A stretch of DNA of 64,000 bases from Fibrobacteria bacterium (GCA_037447435.1 JBBIGR010000005.1:32001-96000); one strand, 5' to 3'; shown: positions 48,227 through 59,404, numbered from the stretch's first letter. A program made the numbers and translations. Notes: generated from the letters alone by a model not told the origin.

Positions 48227-49852
48227 TTAAAACCATACTCTTGTTCGTGCCGAGATCAAATACTGATTTTTTCCTTTTTTATCCCAATTCGTTTGGATGG
48301 CCCATTGCCCCACATTTTTCTTAAAACAGCGAATTTCCTGGCTTAATCCGGTTCCAATTGTTTTTTCATCATGAGAATTACACGATATTTCCAAAAACGG
48401 ATCAAATCGCAACGCTGGTGAAATAAATAATCCAATCGGCAAACGAACCGTGTTTTGTGAGAATCCGTTTTCCCACACAAAACCATTATAGGAAACCGCT
48501 GCCGATACTATTCCGGGCTCAAAATCCTTTCGTGCCTGAGCATATACATGGTGTTTATTGTGTGTTGAAATAATTTGTCCATGCCATTCATAATTTAAAA
48601 CGTAATCAATAATGTGCGAACCTCGTAAGTACACTCCTGCTTTACAATCAGTATTTCCCATTGAGCTCACGATCCCGTAATTTAAACCTGTCGAAAATAA
48701 TGAATCGCCGTACAAGGCGGTCCGGCAATCAAAAACCGTCATTGCTTCAATACTCGAGTCTTGCCCGTCATTTACCAAAAACTGTTTGGCTTCATAGACT
48801 GTTTTGCTGTGAGCTAGCATACTATTTCTTGGAATAAATGAAATTGAGGCTTCAGAATTGCCCCGATCGCTTTTTGTGACAAATTGCATGTGGAATGGAA
48901 ACGAATGTAAATCGTTCATGTTAATACCGCATTCGGATGTTACTAGATACCCAAAAATATTCGATTCTACAGACACCCAAGTCAAATTTGCAGTTTGAAT
49001 GCCATCCGAAGTAAACAGTGCGGTTCTGGCAAAATGAAATGCGGAAGAAAAGCTGTCGCCCGAAAGCCCCATTGAAGCGGCAATTATTTCCTCTTCGGGT
49101 GACTTGTGTAGCGTAAGATCAGCAGAGAACTGTTTACAAAAATCAGATTCCATCGCAAGTCCGTTAAAGGAATGGTCATCCGCAAACAACCAATTTTCCT
49201 TTGCCGATTGCACCTTATTATCATGGTAAAAATGTCCGAGAAATAAAACATCTTTTCCATCAACGTCAATATTTCCCAGCTGCAATTTTAGGCCGCTATA
49301 CGGTTTCCAACGAATTAGACGGTCATGCCACAGCATAACGGAATCATTGGTATGCACGTTTCCGGACGCCGATAAATGCGACGTAGGGCATTCAAAAAGA
49401 AGTTGCGTTATGACAGAAGCAGACCGACGATTATCGCAACTGACGCCACTTTCAATAAATGATGGTCCGGAAACGGGGGTGGTTTCAAAGGATAACACAG
49501 GTTCAAATTTTTGCAAACATGGATAATCATTATAAAACTTGCTTATTTTTGAGGAAGACCACGGTTCATATTGACTCAAATCTTTTTTTTCTACCGGTAA
49601 ACCTTGACAATCGATTCCGTCAATTTTTTGCAACTGACTTAAACCGCCGTCCGGAACATTGATAGGCTGAGTATAAAACTGACGTAAGCTATTCCAAAAA
49701 ACGGAATCCAAAATTCCATTTTGAACCATAGATGCTGCTTCAAATTCATCATGCGGGATTACGGTTACTGGCGACACGCCTGCAATACAAAAAACTTGTA
49801 TTCCAAATAAAATCAGAGAACAATTAATGCAATGCAATTCAATCTTTCCCAT
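48227..49852 (-). CDS. Hypothetical outer-membrane beta-barrel-like protein (possible degenerate ComEA-type N-terminus)
   Basis: Signal peptide; beta-strand periodicity; C-terminal ARTRVWF; QPINV..LSQL resembles a helix-hairpin-helix start. Confidence 0.5.
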   Translation of the reverse strand: MGKIELHCINCSLILFGIQVFCIAGVSPVTVIPHDEFEAASMVQNGILDSVFWNSLRQFYTQPINVPDGGLSQLQKIDGIDCQGLPVEKKDLSQYEPWSSSKISKFYNDYPCLQKFEPVLSFETTPVSGPSFIESGVSCDNRRSASVITQLLFECPTSHLSASGNVHTNDSVMLWHDRLIRWKPYSGLKLQLGNIDVDGKDVLFLGHFYHDNKVQSAKENWLFADDHSFNGLAMESDFCKQFSADLTLHKSPEEEIIAASMGLSGDSFSSAFHFARTALFTSDGIQTANLTWVSVESNIFGYLVTSECGINMNDLHSFPFHMQFVTKSDRGNSEASISFIPRNSMLAHSKTVYEAKQFLVNDGQDSSIEAMTVFDCRTALYGDSLFSTGLNYGIVSSMGNTDCKAGVYLRGSHIIDYVLNYEWHGQIISTHNKHHVYAQARKDFEPGIVSAAVSYNGFVWENGFSQNTVRLPIGLFISPALRFDPFLEISCNSHDEKTIGTGLSQEIRCFKKNVGQWAIQTNWDKKGKNQYLISARTRVWF

Positions 49853-50009
49853 AGCTTTGAAATCCCATCTGGGTTGAACCGCTTAAATATAAACTATCGT
49901 TGGCCAAAGTCAAGACAAAGTCGATTTTCCAAATCGCATAGTGTATTTTAAAAAAGTAGTTTTTTTGAAAACAGGAAATTCAACAGTCGTCCCTACCTGC
50001 ACAGCGCCT

Positions 50010-51527
50010 ATGATAGACAAAAGATATAATGGTATAAAAAGCAATCCCAACACCGAATTTGGTTCTGTTGATATTTGGGCTATGGCGATAATTGCGATTA
50101 TTTTGCTGGTACGATCAGTGTATATTTCGTTTCTTGGACTTATCCCCGATGAAACCTACTATTGGGACTGGTCCAGGGAACTTTCTTTTGGATATTTTGA
50201 CCACCCCCCGATGGTTGCCTGGATAATTCATCTTTCGAGCAAACTATTCGGCATTACTAACCTGGGAGTCCGATTCGGAACATTACTTGCGTCTTCTTTG
50301 GCGTCGGTTTTTTCATACGGACTTGCAAAACAATTTTTAAAACAAAAAAATTCTTTATTTTTCTTTATTATCCTTTCAAACAGCATTTTGCTTTTCGGTA
50401 TAGGTACACTTTTAGCTACACCCGATATTCCGCTCATTTTATTCTGGTCGAGTTCATTATACTTTGCCTATTTTGCGATCTTCAAAAGTAATACCGGATC
50501 CTGGATTTTGCTTGGAGCAAGCAATGGTATGGGTTTATTGTCAAAATATACCTTTATTCTTTTTTTTGTTTCCTTGCTCTTTTTTTTAGTTTTCTCAAAA
50601 CAGCAGAGAAAATGGTTGACCAAATGGCAATTTTACGCGTCGAATGCAATTTCGTTGATCCTTTTTATCCCGAATCTTCTCTGGAACTCACGGCATTCAT
50701 GGATTTCATTTGCATTTCAATTCACACATGGAGTTAATGCAAAAACATCTCTTAATTGGGATACTTTCGGGGAATTTCTCAGCGGCCAAGCCGGGGTTAT
50801 GTCGGGTTTCGTTTTTGCGGTTTTATTTATTGCTCTATTTAGGCTCTGGAAATCCGCGAGAACAAACGATCGAATAGCGTTTATTTTTTGTTTTTTTTGC
50901 GTGCCGTTTTTTGTTTTTATGGCAGCAAGCCTTCAAAAAAATGTTGAAGCAAATTGGGCTGCATCAGCCTATGTGGCCGGACTTTTACTTATAGGGGTTC
51001 TGTGGGACACTCTTGATCCTACACGAAATAAACTGCTTCGAAGGTTCATCTTTTTTTCGGTTCTGTTCGCCATTTTTTCCACCTGCATAGTCCTTATTCA
51101 TTTGCAATTTCCCTTTTTACCGTTGCCCCCCGGGAATGACCCGGCATCACAAGCACGAGGGTGGAAAGGTTTTGCAGAGCAAGTAAATCAGGTCCGTACA
51201 TCTTTTGACCCCAATCATACATTAGGCGTTTGCGCCAATCGGTACCAGGAAGCATCGATGCTTGGTTTTTTTCTTTCCGATCACCCTAAAACAACATCGC
51301 TATGCATTATGGCACGGCCCAATACTTATTCTCTGTTTTCATCCCGAAAATCAATTACCGCGAACGGGTGTATCTTCGTTTACCCGTCCCACGATCCTAT
51401 AGACAATCCGGAATTTTCCAAGTTTTTTTCTTTGCTGGAGAAACGCGGTCTTGCAGTTTTACAGTATAGTAAAAGACAGTCTACGGAATATACCGTCTAT
51501 TATGCAAAGTTACGATACCCCTTATGA
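50010..51527 (+). CDS. Glycosyltransferase family 39/83 (ArnT/PMT-like)
   Basis: PDETYYWDWS, YFDHPPMVAW, TPDIPL, GLLSKYT, PNLLWN; multiple membrane helices; start uncertain. Confidence 0.9.
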   Translation: MIDKRYNGIKSNPNTEFGSVDIWAMAIIAIILLVRSVYISFLGLIPDETYYWDWSRELSFGYFDHPPMVAWIIHLSSKLFGITNLGVRFGTLLASSLASVFSYGLAKQFLKQKNSLFFFIILSNSILLFGIGTLLATPDIPLILFWSSSLYFAYFAIFKSNTGSWILLGASNGMGLLSKYTFILFFVSLLFFLVFSKQQRKWLTKWQFYASNAISLILFIPNLLWNSRHSWISFAFQFTHGVNAKTSLNWDTFGEFLSGQAGVMSGFVFAVLFIALFRLWKSARTNDRIAFIFCFFCVPFFVFMAASLQKNVEANWAASAYVAGLLLIGVLWDTLDPTRNKLLRRFIFFSVLFAIFSTCIVLIHLQFPFLPLPPGNDPASQARGWKGFAEQVNQVRTSFDPNHTLGVCANRYQEASMLGFFLSDHPKTTSLCIMARPNTYSLFSSRKSITANGCIFVYPSHDPIDNPEFSKFFSLLEKRGLAVLQYSKRQSTEYTVYYAKLRYPL

Positions 51528-54013
51528 GAAAACATTTAACCTTTTTGTCAATAATCGCCGCTTTTTGCCTTATTTTCCCTACGCACGCCGACGAAAAAAC
51601 GAAAACAGGCTTTGCAATTGTTTTAAGTGGCGGCGGAGCACGGGGTCTCGCTCAGATCGGAGTATTAAAGGCTTTTGAGGAAGCAAATATAAAACCAAAC
51701 TTGATCATCGGCACCAGCATGGGTGCGATTATAGGCAGTTTATATTCTTCAGGCAATAGTGCCGATTCTATTGCGAAATTCGCAAAAGAATTCGATTGGA
51801 CTTCCATATATTCAAATACATCCCCGCGCCGGCAAATGCTTGTAAGCCTGAAATCCGATCCGGGGACGTTTTTATATGAACTGCGTTTTGATAATAATTT
51901 TTCGATAATTCTACCGACGTCCATTTCCGACGGACAGTCTTTTTATTCCGGGCTTGCGGCAAAATTGGCCCCGGCGCAGTATCGCGCTGAAAAGGATTTC
52001 GATAGCTTGCCAATACCTTTACGGTTGGTGGCGACCGACATAGTGTCCGGAAATAAAATCATTTTTTCTTATGGAAATTTAGCCACCGCAGTTAGGGCCT
52101 CAAGCAGTTTTCCGCTTGTTTTTTCCCCTGTCGCGATAGATTCAATGCTGTTGATGGATGGCGGACTATCCGCCAATATACCGGTTGAATCCGCATTGTC
52201 CGAATTTCCGACGTACGCCGTTATCGCCATCGATGTCACCTCTCCTATGTTGGGAAAAAAAGATCTTTATAGTCCGGTGCACCTTGTCGACCAAATTGTG
52301 AATATCGGATTGACTAAGCAGAAGACCAAAGAAAAAAAGCTGGCGAATCTGGTCATCACGCCGGATTTAACCGATTTTTCGAATACCGATTTTACACGCA
52401 TCGATACTCTTATCCAGCGCGGATATACGGCAGCACATTTGGAAATAGCGGAAATTAAAAAAGTTTTGGATTCACTTATAGATTCACGATCGGAAAAGTC
52501 CACTATTTTATATCCGCCATTTTACTTTCCAAATATGAATCAAACTACGGCGCGAGCATGCCAAAATGCTTTACTTTTTGTTAATAAGGATACCGGTATA
52601 TCAAAAAGCCATTGTGAACAGATCGTTTATTCAGCATGCAACGCTAACAAGTCTTTCACTCGCATAATTTCCATTGAACGTAGAAACGATACGACGGTTT
52701 TATCGACCGACCCCGGAATCGTTCGCGGATTTTCGTTCAATGGGAATTATCAAACATTATCGTCAACGGTTAAAGCAGCCCTCGACATTCATTTGGGCGA
52801 TACGCTATCTGCAACGATCATTTCCAGGGGAATTTCGTCGTTATACGCGACGGAATTATTCAAAAACGTAAATATTTCGGTTGACAGTCTTGGTATAGTA
52901 TCCGTTTTTTTAACGGAAAAGGAATATTGGCGGGCTAGGCTTGGATTACGTTTCGATGAGTATCACCTTCTCGAAGGTTATATCCAGCCGGGATACGAAA
53001 ATCTTCTGGGATTGGGAGTAGATGCCAATTTTCATTTTCAATACGGGCTCATGAGAGAGAAATACTCTTTCGAGTTGAGCAATAACCATGTTTTCTCAAA
53101 GGCATTTGCCAATAGTATCCAAGCTCAAACCTACATTTCACTGGAACGCATCGTAAAAAGGAAAGAATCCTTGGATCCGACAGACTCTTTAGTTACGCGT
53201 CTTACTTTAGACGAGCAAACATTAAGCAAAGTCGGTATTCTTGCAATGGCTGGTGCTCAGGTCGGTAAATTCGCTATGTTGGATGGTGGCGTTCGAATAG
53301 AAAAATTCCAATTGTATCAGTCCGAGTCTTTCAGAAATCCCTTTGGCGGCTTTGAACGCGGCATGCAATATTTTATGGGGCGCCTCACCTTAGATAACCT
53401 GGACAATTTTCCCTTTCCCCAAAAAGGGCATAAAGACTATATTAGTATTGGCGGCGCGCATGATATGATCGGTGGTACTGAAAGTTTTTTTAAAGTGGAC
53501 GGAAGTTTCAGTCAATATTATACTATAGCTAAGTCACATACTATTTCACCTCAAATACAGTTCGTGTGGGCATCTGATTCTTTGCCAGATGTTGAGCGCG
53601 TGTATATTGGTGGCGTTGTTCCTGAAGAAAAATATAAAGAAATCGGAGTATACAACTACATTTCGTTTTTTGGATTAAAACCAAGGGCTTTGCCGGGAGA
53701 TATTGCCCTGCTTTTTAGAGGACAATATAGAGCGACCATTCAGCCGGGCCTGTTTGTTTTTGCGACCATTGATTATGGGTTCTCATGGGAATGGGATAAT
53801 CGCTGGCTTTTTGAAAACACTCGGGCCATAAAAGATCTGGCAAACGATTTTGTGAAAAGGGCAGCATGCGGTCTTGGGTTGGGATTGGCTTATGAAACTG
53901 TCGTCGGCCCAATCAGGTTTTCATGGGGCCAGCTCCTGAGAAATGAATTCGAACCAGAGCTGAACATTGCTTCTGATAATTTTTTCTATCTGTCTTTTGG
54001 TCATGATTTTTAA
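51524..54013 (+). CDS. Patatin-like phospholipase with POTRA/Omp85 barrel (PlpD-like, type Vd)
   Basis: LSGGGARG, GTSMG, DGG; POTRA-like SLYATELFKNV; barrel end VGPIRFSWG..YLSFGHDF. Confidence 0.88.
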   Translation: MRKHLTFLSIIAAFCLIFPTHADEKTKTGFAIVLSGGGARGLAQIGVLKAFEEANIKPNLIIGTSMGAIIGSLYSSGNSADSIAKFAKEFDWTSIYSNTSPRRQMLVSLKSDPGTFLYELRFDNNFSIILPTSISDGQSFYSGLAAKLAPAQYRAEKDFDSLPIPLRLVATDIVSGNKIIFSYGNLATAVRASSSFPLVFSPVAIDSMLLMDGGLSANIPVESALSEFPTYAVIAIDVTSPMLGKKDLYSPVHLVDQIVNIGLTKQKTKEKKLANLVITPDLTDFSNTDFTRIDTLIQRGYTAAHLEIAEIKKVLDSLIDSRSEKSTILYPPFYFPNMNQTTARACQNALLFVNKDTGISKSHCEQIVYSACNANKSFTRIISIERRNDTTVLSTDPGIVRGFSFNGNYQTLSSTVKAALDIHLGDTLSATIISRGISSLYATELFKNVNISVDSLGIVSVFLTEKEYWRARLGLRFDEYHLLEGYIQPGYENLLGLGVDANFHFQYGLMREKYSFELSNNHVFSKAFANSIQAQTYISLERIVKRKESLDPTDSLVTRLTLDEQTLSKVGILAMAGAQVGKFAMLDGGVRIEKFQLYQSESFRNPFGGFERGMQYFMGRLTLDNLDNFPFPQKGHKDYISIGGAHDMIGGTESFFKVDGSFSQYYTIAKSHTISPQIQFVWASDSLPDVERVYIGGVVPEEKYKEIGVYNYISFFGLKPRALPGDIALLFRGQYRATIQPGLFVFATIDYGFSWEWDNRWLFENTRAIKDLANDFVKRAACGLGLGLAYETVVGPIRFSWGQLLRNEFEPELNIASDNFFYLSFGHDF

Positions 54014-54075
54014 AAACGATTTGCGATGGTCAAAGAACTTTTCAACTATTTGCTAAAGGAAAACAATACTGCAAT

Positions 54076-55209
54076 ATGCGATTAACAATTTCCACGAAGT
54101 TATTTATAGGTTTTCTTTTTGTCATTTTTTTAAATATAATTTATGTTGTTATCGTTAGTAAACTCTCCGACCTTAACGGCATTGCCAACATTTTAAAAAG
54201 GCAGGATGATGTAAAAAACGAACTGCTTCGGGTCGCAAGTTTGCAAAGTGATAAACGTCGTAGTCGCACGTCGTTTGAAGCAATCGGAAAACGCGAATCT
54301 GTGGAAAATTTCAAACAATCGTCCCTCGTTGTAAAAAAATTGCTTGACACAATAAACTTTGAACTGAACGTGATCTCGGTTTTGGATTCTGCCGTCTTTC
54401 GTAAAGACATCAACAGCATAATTCACTATGAAAACCATATCAGCCTTTTGACCCTGATGGACACCGCCACCCAGTATAATACCCAGTACGATATGTCTTT
54501 CGCACAATTCGTTATTACCGGAAAAGTCGGATCGACAAATGTTAAGGATTCGTTACTGCTTAAAAGCACGCATTTAATTGCTTTAACTGATTCGGCGGAT
54601 ACAAAATTGACCGGAACGCTAAAGTCAATTGACTCGCTTATCGACGAGCAGACTAAAATCGTCATTAAGGACACCGAACGGCGGATAAATGACATCAAAC
54701 AAATGACCATCGTCATTCTTTTTATCGTAATTGCCGTTGCAAGCGGATTTGCATTCTTTTTTTCACGGTTTCTCACCACATCCCTACGCCGTCTCAAAGA
54801 ATCGGCCAGCTTAATCGGAAAAGGGAATTTTACAGTAGACCCGACCGGATATCCATCCGATGAAATCGGAGATCTTGCAAACGCCTTTCACGATATGGCT
54901 GTAGACCTAAAAAACACCCAGGAAGAACTGGTCAAATCCAAACGCCTTGCCGCAATCGGAGAAGTAGTCGCATCAGTAAATCACGAGATCAATAATCCGC
55001 TTATGATTATTTCAGGTAATGCGCAATTTCTTGAAATGTCTATGCAAAATTATCCTCCGGAAATGCAGGAACGCGTACGGGTTATTCTCGAGGAAACGGA
55101 GCGCATTTCAAATGTAACGAAAAAATTACGTGAAATCAGGAATCCTGTTGCCGAAGACTATACGTCAAGCGGCGAACAAATGATTAACCTTGACCGTTCC
55201 ACAAAATAG
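54076..55209 (+). CDS. Membrane sensor with HAMP + HisKA but no HATPase domain
   Basis: 2 TM, DEIGDLANAFHDM, SVNHEINNPL, then ends ~68 aa later without N/G1/F/G2 boxes. Confidence 0.8.
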   Translation: MRLTISTKLFIGFLFVIFLNIIYVVIVSKLSDLNGIANILKRQDDVKNELLRVASLQSDKRRSRTSFEAIGKRESVENFKQSSLVVKKLLDTINFELNVISVLDSAVFRKDINSIIHYENHISLLTLMDTATQYNTQYDMSFAQFVITGKVGSTNVKDSLLLKSTHLIALTDSADTKLTGTLKSIDSLIDEQTKIVIKDTERRINDIKQMTIVILFIVIAVASGFAFFFSRFLTTSLRRLKESASLIGKGNFTVDPTGYPSDEIGDLANAFHDMAVDLKNTQEELVKSKRLAAIGEVVASVNHEINNPLMIISGNAQFLEMSMQNYPPEMQERVRVILEETERISNVTKKLREIRNPVAEDYTSSGEQMINLDRSTK

Positions 55210-55216
55210 GACAAGC

Positions 55217-55834
55217 ATGAAAAACCGAGGCACACCTTTTACGATATTTCGGTCGTTACTAATCATCATGGTTTTGACGGCCAGCGTTTCGCTTTTGTTT
55301 TTCGGCTGCGCATCAAGCAGTACGGTTGCTCAGTACACCTACGACAAACGCCTCCTTGCTGCAGCAGAATCGAAATTCGACAAAAAGCAATATGCTGAAG
55401 CGTTGAAAATTTACAATGAAATCGCATTCTCACCAGACTATTCACAATCGACATCAGCAAAAAGCGCACTGTACCGCATCGGCTATATTAACATCTACTT
55501 TGATAATCCCAAGGCAGATCCGAAAGCAGCCTTGGAGGCATTCAATACATTCAAACTTCGCTATCCGCGAGACAAACTAATCGGTGATGTTACAACGTGG
55601 ATAAAACTTTTAGTCGTTTTAAAAAGCTTTGAAGACCAATATGATGATATCACGTTCCGGGTTCGACGTCTACAAAGCAAATCTGCGGTCACAACCGGTA
55701 GCCTTGACACACTCATAGAGGCATACCAACGCTGTACCGCAGAAAACGATTCGCTCGGCAATGAAAAAGCTTCACTGGGCAGGAAAATTGCGGAATTGGA
55801 GCAGATTATCGTTAAAATGGAAAAATCAAGGTAA
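55217..55834 (+). CDS. TPR/coiled-coil lipoprotein (BamD/QseG-like)
   Basis: Lipobox FFGC; TPR-like helices (ALYRIGY, LRYP); C-terminal coiled coil. Confidence 0.65.
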   Translation: MKNRGTPFTIFRSLLIIMVLTASVSLLFFGCASSSTVAQYTYDKRLLAAAESKFDKKQYAEALKIYNEIAFSPDYSQSTSAKSALYRIGYINIYFDNPKADPKAALEAFNTFKLRYPRDKLIGDVTTWIKLLVVLKSFEDQYDDITFRVRRLQSKSAVTTGSLDTLIEAYQRCTAENDSLGNEKASLGRKIAELEQIIVKMEKSR

Positions 55835-55859
55835 CATAGCATTAGGGCCCCTTTAAATT

Positions 55860-56993
55860 ATGGCAGATAATGATTTCCGTAAGGAATTTCAAAACGCCCG
55901 CACCCTCGTCGTTAAAGTCGGAAGCAGAATACTCACCGGCGACAATAAAACGACTCCTCATGTAAAACGGGTAAAATCACTTGTCGATAGTATTGCTTTT
56001 CTCTCAAAAAGCGGGAAACGAGTTCTCTTGGTTTCCTCTGGAGCCATCGCGCATGGAATGCAAGCCCTTGGTTTGCAGAAACGCCCCAGTACTATTCCTG
56101 CTAAACAGGCTTGTGCGAGCATCGGCCAAATAAGTTTAATGAATATGTATGCCTCACATTTTGCCAAACATGAAATTTTGATAGGACAAGTTCTCATAAC
56201 CTGGGATGATTTGCGGGATAAAAAGCGCTATTTAAATTTGCGTAATACCTTATTTAATTTATTTGATGTCAATGCGGTTCCTATTATCAATGAAAATGAT
56301 TCGGTCGGAGTTGAAGAAATCAAATTTGGAGAAAACGACACGCTCGCTGCCCAATTATCACTTTTAATTCAAGCCGATTTGTTTATCAATCTTACCGATA
56401 TAAACGGGCTTTACGATTCAAACCCTCAAGATAACAAGGATGCGAAGCACATTCGGGTTGTTCCCGAACTTACCCCTACTGTTTTTAATTATGCCTCGGA
56501 TAAGAAAAATGAAATCTCCGTCGGCGGAATGACTACAAAACTCAAAGCTGCGGATATGGTCACGAAAGCGGGTTTGCATGCGCTTATCGGCGATGGATTT
56601 CACCATTCCCTGCTCGAAGTTCTTGCAAATGAAACCATTGGAACATGTTTTTTACCCAATTTAAAAAAGATGCCGGCTCGCCATCGTTGGATAGCCTTTA
56701 CCGGGAAACCAGTGGGCACGATCATTGTTGATGATGGTGCATATAAAGCTATTTCGGAAAAAGGAAAAAGCCTACTTCCTGCGGGAGCAAAAAAAATTAT
56801 CGGAACATTCAATGTCGGAGACATGGTTGATATTTCTACCGATAAAGGATTAGTTTGCGGTCGCGGACTTATTAATTATTCGTCTTCGGACGCCGCTAAA
56901 ATATGCGGCTGCAAATCACCGGAAATCACAACGATACTCGGCCAGAAAACTTTTGACGAACTTATCCACCGAGACAACCTCGTTGTGCTCTGA
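55860..56993 (+). CDS. proB: Glutamate 5-kinase
   Basis: VVKVGS, VSSGAI, PIINENDSV, GGMTTKL, PUA domain ending IHRDNL. Confidence 0.97.
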   Translation: MADNDFRKEFQNARTLVVKVGSRILTGDNKTTPHVKRVKSLVDSIAFLSKSGKRVLLVSSGAIAHGMQALGLQKRPSTIPAKQACASIGQISLMNMYASHFAKHEILIGQVLITWDDLRDKKRYLNLRNTLFNLFDVNAVPIINENDSVGVEEIKFGENDTLAAQLSLLIQADLFINLTDINGLYDSNPQDNKDAKHIRVVPELTPTVFNYASDKKNEISVGGMTTKLKAADMVTKAGLHALIGDGFHHSLLEVLANETIGTCFLPNLKKMPARHRWIAFTGKPVGTIIVDDGAYKAISEKGKSLLPAGAKKIIGTFNVGDMVDISTDKGLVCGRGLINYSSSDAAKICGCKSPEITTILGQKTFDELIHRDNLVVL

Positions 56994-57072
56994 TTCCGCA
57001 CTTAGTTTGGGCTTATTGTATTTTATCTTCGAATTTTAATACCATCCAAACCATTTTCAGGCAATAAGGCGT

Positions 57073-58338
57073 ATGAACGATTCTACTATGAAAAAAGTAA
57101 TCGATACAATTGGAATAAAGGCTCGTCGTGCAAGCCAGCTGCTTGTTGACACTAAACAATCGAGTATCGATGCTTGCCTTCGGGAAATGGCCGCATTAAT
57201 TGACAATAACAAATCGACACTGTTACATGCGAATAAAAAAGACATCGCCGCGGCTCGCTTAAAAAAAATCCCGGACGCAATGATAGAACGCCTTACATTG
57301 ACCGACAAGACTTTCACCTCAATAAAAAAAGGCCTTTCTGAAGTTGCTGCCCAAAAATCACTGGTAGGTTCCTTCTTTGAAGAGAGAACACGCCCAAACG
57401 GCCTTCATATTTGCAAAATGCATGTTCCAATCGGGGTCATAGCAATTATTTACGAATCGCGTCCCAACGTAACGGTCGATGCTGCGGCAATTTGCCTTAA
57501 ATCGCGCAACAGCGTTATTTTACGCGGCGGGAGCGAAGCAATCCACTCCAATACGGCGTTGGCTGCGCTTTTTTCCCAAGCCTGCAAAAACACGGGCTTA
57601 TCGAAAGACGTTGTTCAATTAATTCCGACAACAGAGCGGACGGCCATCGATTTATTGTTAAAACAGGTCGATACTATCGATTTGGTTATTCCACGAGGAG
57701 GCGAAGGCCTTATTAGAACAGTGGTTGAAAAATCCCATATTCCTGTAATCAAACATTATAAGGGAGTATGCCATGTATACATTTCTAAAAAAGCAAACAT
57801 TCAAAAAGCCATTTCAATAATAATTAACGCAAAAACGCAACGTCCGTCCGTTTGCAATGCTATGGAGACATTATTATTAGACAAGTCTCTTTCCAATGCC
57901 TCAAAGAAACGGATTGTTGATGCCATGATTGAAAAAGGCGTCGTATTATTCGGGGACAACGATTCACGCCTTCTTTCGCGATCCATTAAAAAAGCTTCCG
58001 AGGCCGATTGGTATGCAGAATACCTGGATTTACGTTGCGCGATAAAAATAGTTGACGGTGTAAAAGGAGCCATCGAGCATATCAACAAGTACGGGTCGCA
58101 TCATACCGATACGATTGTTACCGAATCCAAAGCCGAAGGAGACGCATTCATTGTGGGGGTCGATTCTTCGTCGGTTATGGTAAATGCGAGTACGCGATTT
58201 GCCGACGGAGGAGAATACGGACTGGGTGCGGAAATCGGGATTTCCACGGATAAATTGCATAGCAGAGGACCGATGGGCGTTGCCGATTTGACGACCTATA
58301 AATGGGTTGTTCGGGGAAATGGCCAAATAAGAAATTGA
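57073..58338 (+). CDS. proA: Gamma-glutamyl phosphate reductase
   Basis: IIYESRPNVT, PRGGEGLI, CNAMETLL, NASTRFADGGEYGLGAEIGISTDKLHSRGP. Confidence 0.97.
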   Translation: MNDSTMKKVIDTIGIKARRASQLLVDTKQSSIDACLREMAALIDNNKSTLLHANKKDIAAARLKKIPDAMIERLTLTDKTFTSIKKGLSEVAAQKSLVGSFFEERTRPNGLHICKMHVPIGVIAIIYESRPNVTVDAAAICLKSRNSVILRGGSEAIHSNTALAALFSQACKNTGLSKDVVQLIPTTERTAIDLLLKQVDTIDLVIPRGGEGLIRTVVEKSHIPVIKHYKGVCHVYISKKANIQKAISIIINAKTQRPSVCNAMETLLLDKSLSNASKKRIVDAMIEKGVVLFGDNDSRLLSRSIKKASEADWYAEYLDLRCAIKIVDGVKGAIEHINKYGSHHTDTIVTESKAEGDAFIVGVDSSSVMVNASTRFADGGEYGLGAEIGISTDKLHSRGPMGVADLTTYKWVVRGNGQIRN

Positions 58339-58366
58339 TAGATACTAAATATCACAAGGAATTCAA

Positions 58367-58726
58367 ATGGACTTATTACAAAACGTAAAATTCGATGAAA
58401 AAGGGTTGGTTACAGCCATCGCAATAGATGAAGTTTCAAACCAAGTGCTGATGCTTGCGTATATGAATAAGGAAACTCTTGAGGAAACTCTGGCTACCGG
58501 CAAAATGGTGTATTATAGCCGAAGCAGAAAAAAAAGATGGCTTAAAGGTGAAACATCGGGGCATTTTCAGACGGTTTCGGAAGTCCGCATTGATTGTGAC
58601 GGTGATGCGCTTCTTTTTAAAATTAAGCAAATCGGTGCCGCATGCCATGAAAATTACCGGTCTTGTTTTTTCAGGAAATCCGAGAACGGACAATGGAAAA
58701 TATGTGAGGATAGGTTGCATGATTAG
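58367..58726 (+). CDS. hisI: Phosphoribosyl-AMP cyclohydrolase
   Basis: VLMLAYMN, YSRSR, KGETSGH, DCDGDALL, AACH..SCFF. Confidence 0.96.
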   Translation: MDLLQNVKFDEKGLVTAIAIDEVSNQVLMLAYMNKETLEETLATGKMVYYSRSRKKRWLKGETSGHFQTVSEVRIDCDGDALLFKIKQIGAACHENYRSCFFRKSENGQWKICEDRLHD

Positions 58727-58747
58727 TAACTTCATATAAAATATCCC

Positions 58748-59404
58748 ATGACAAATTCCATAATTCTTTCGCGAATTATACAAGCAGGTATTGTACCAAT
58801 AATCAGAAGTAACAATACAAATTCAATTTTTATTTGTGCCGATGCTTTGATACAGGCAGAATTGCCGATTCTCGAACTTTCGTTTTCCGTCCCTCACACC
58901 GACAAAACGCTTCTTGCACTTGCAAAAAAATTTGGCGATTCTTTGATTTTAGGGGCCGGGACAATTTGCTCTATTCGTGACGCCGATGCTGCGATTGCAA
59001 GTGGGGCGCGGTTCATCGTCAGTCCGCATTGCAACGAAAAAATTATTCATTATTGCAAATCAAAATCATTGACGGTTTTTCCAGGAGCCTTGACGCCGAC
59101 CGAAATTGAAAAAGCATGGAAATGCGGCGCCGATGCCGTAAAGGTTTTCCCCTGCGATGCCTTAGGCGGGCCGTCGTATATTAAATCCCTCAAAGCCCCG
59201 TTTCCCAACATCAGACTTTTTCCCTGCGGAGGCATTACCAAAGAGAATATCGACCTCTATTGGGAGGCAAAGGCCGATTCTCTCTTTATCGGATCCGCAC
59301 TTTGCAATATGCATTTGTCGGAATCACGGTTATTTGATAGCGTTTTCAACAATACACTGCTTTTAAAAAATAAAACAGCCGTAATGCGGAGTACGCCTTT
59401 ATGA
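58748..59404 (+). CDS. eda: KDPG/KHG aldolase family protein
   Basis: GAGT, GARFIVSP, PGALTPTEI, VKVFP, YIKSLKAPFP, PCGGI. Confidence 0.9.
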   Translation: MTNSIILSRIIQAGIVPIIRSNNTNSIFICADALIQAELPILELSFSVPHTDKTLLALAKKFGDSLILGAGTICSIRDADAAIASGARFIVSPHCNEKIIHYCKSKSLTVFPGALTPTEIEKAWKCGADAVKVFPCDALGGPSYIKSLKAPFPNIRLFPCGGITKENIDLYWEAKADSLFIGSALCNMHLSESRLFDSVFNNTLLLKNKTAVMRSTPL

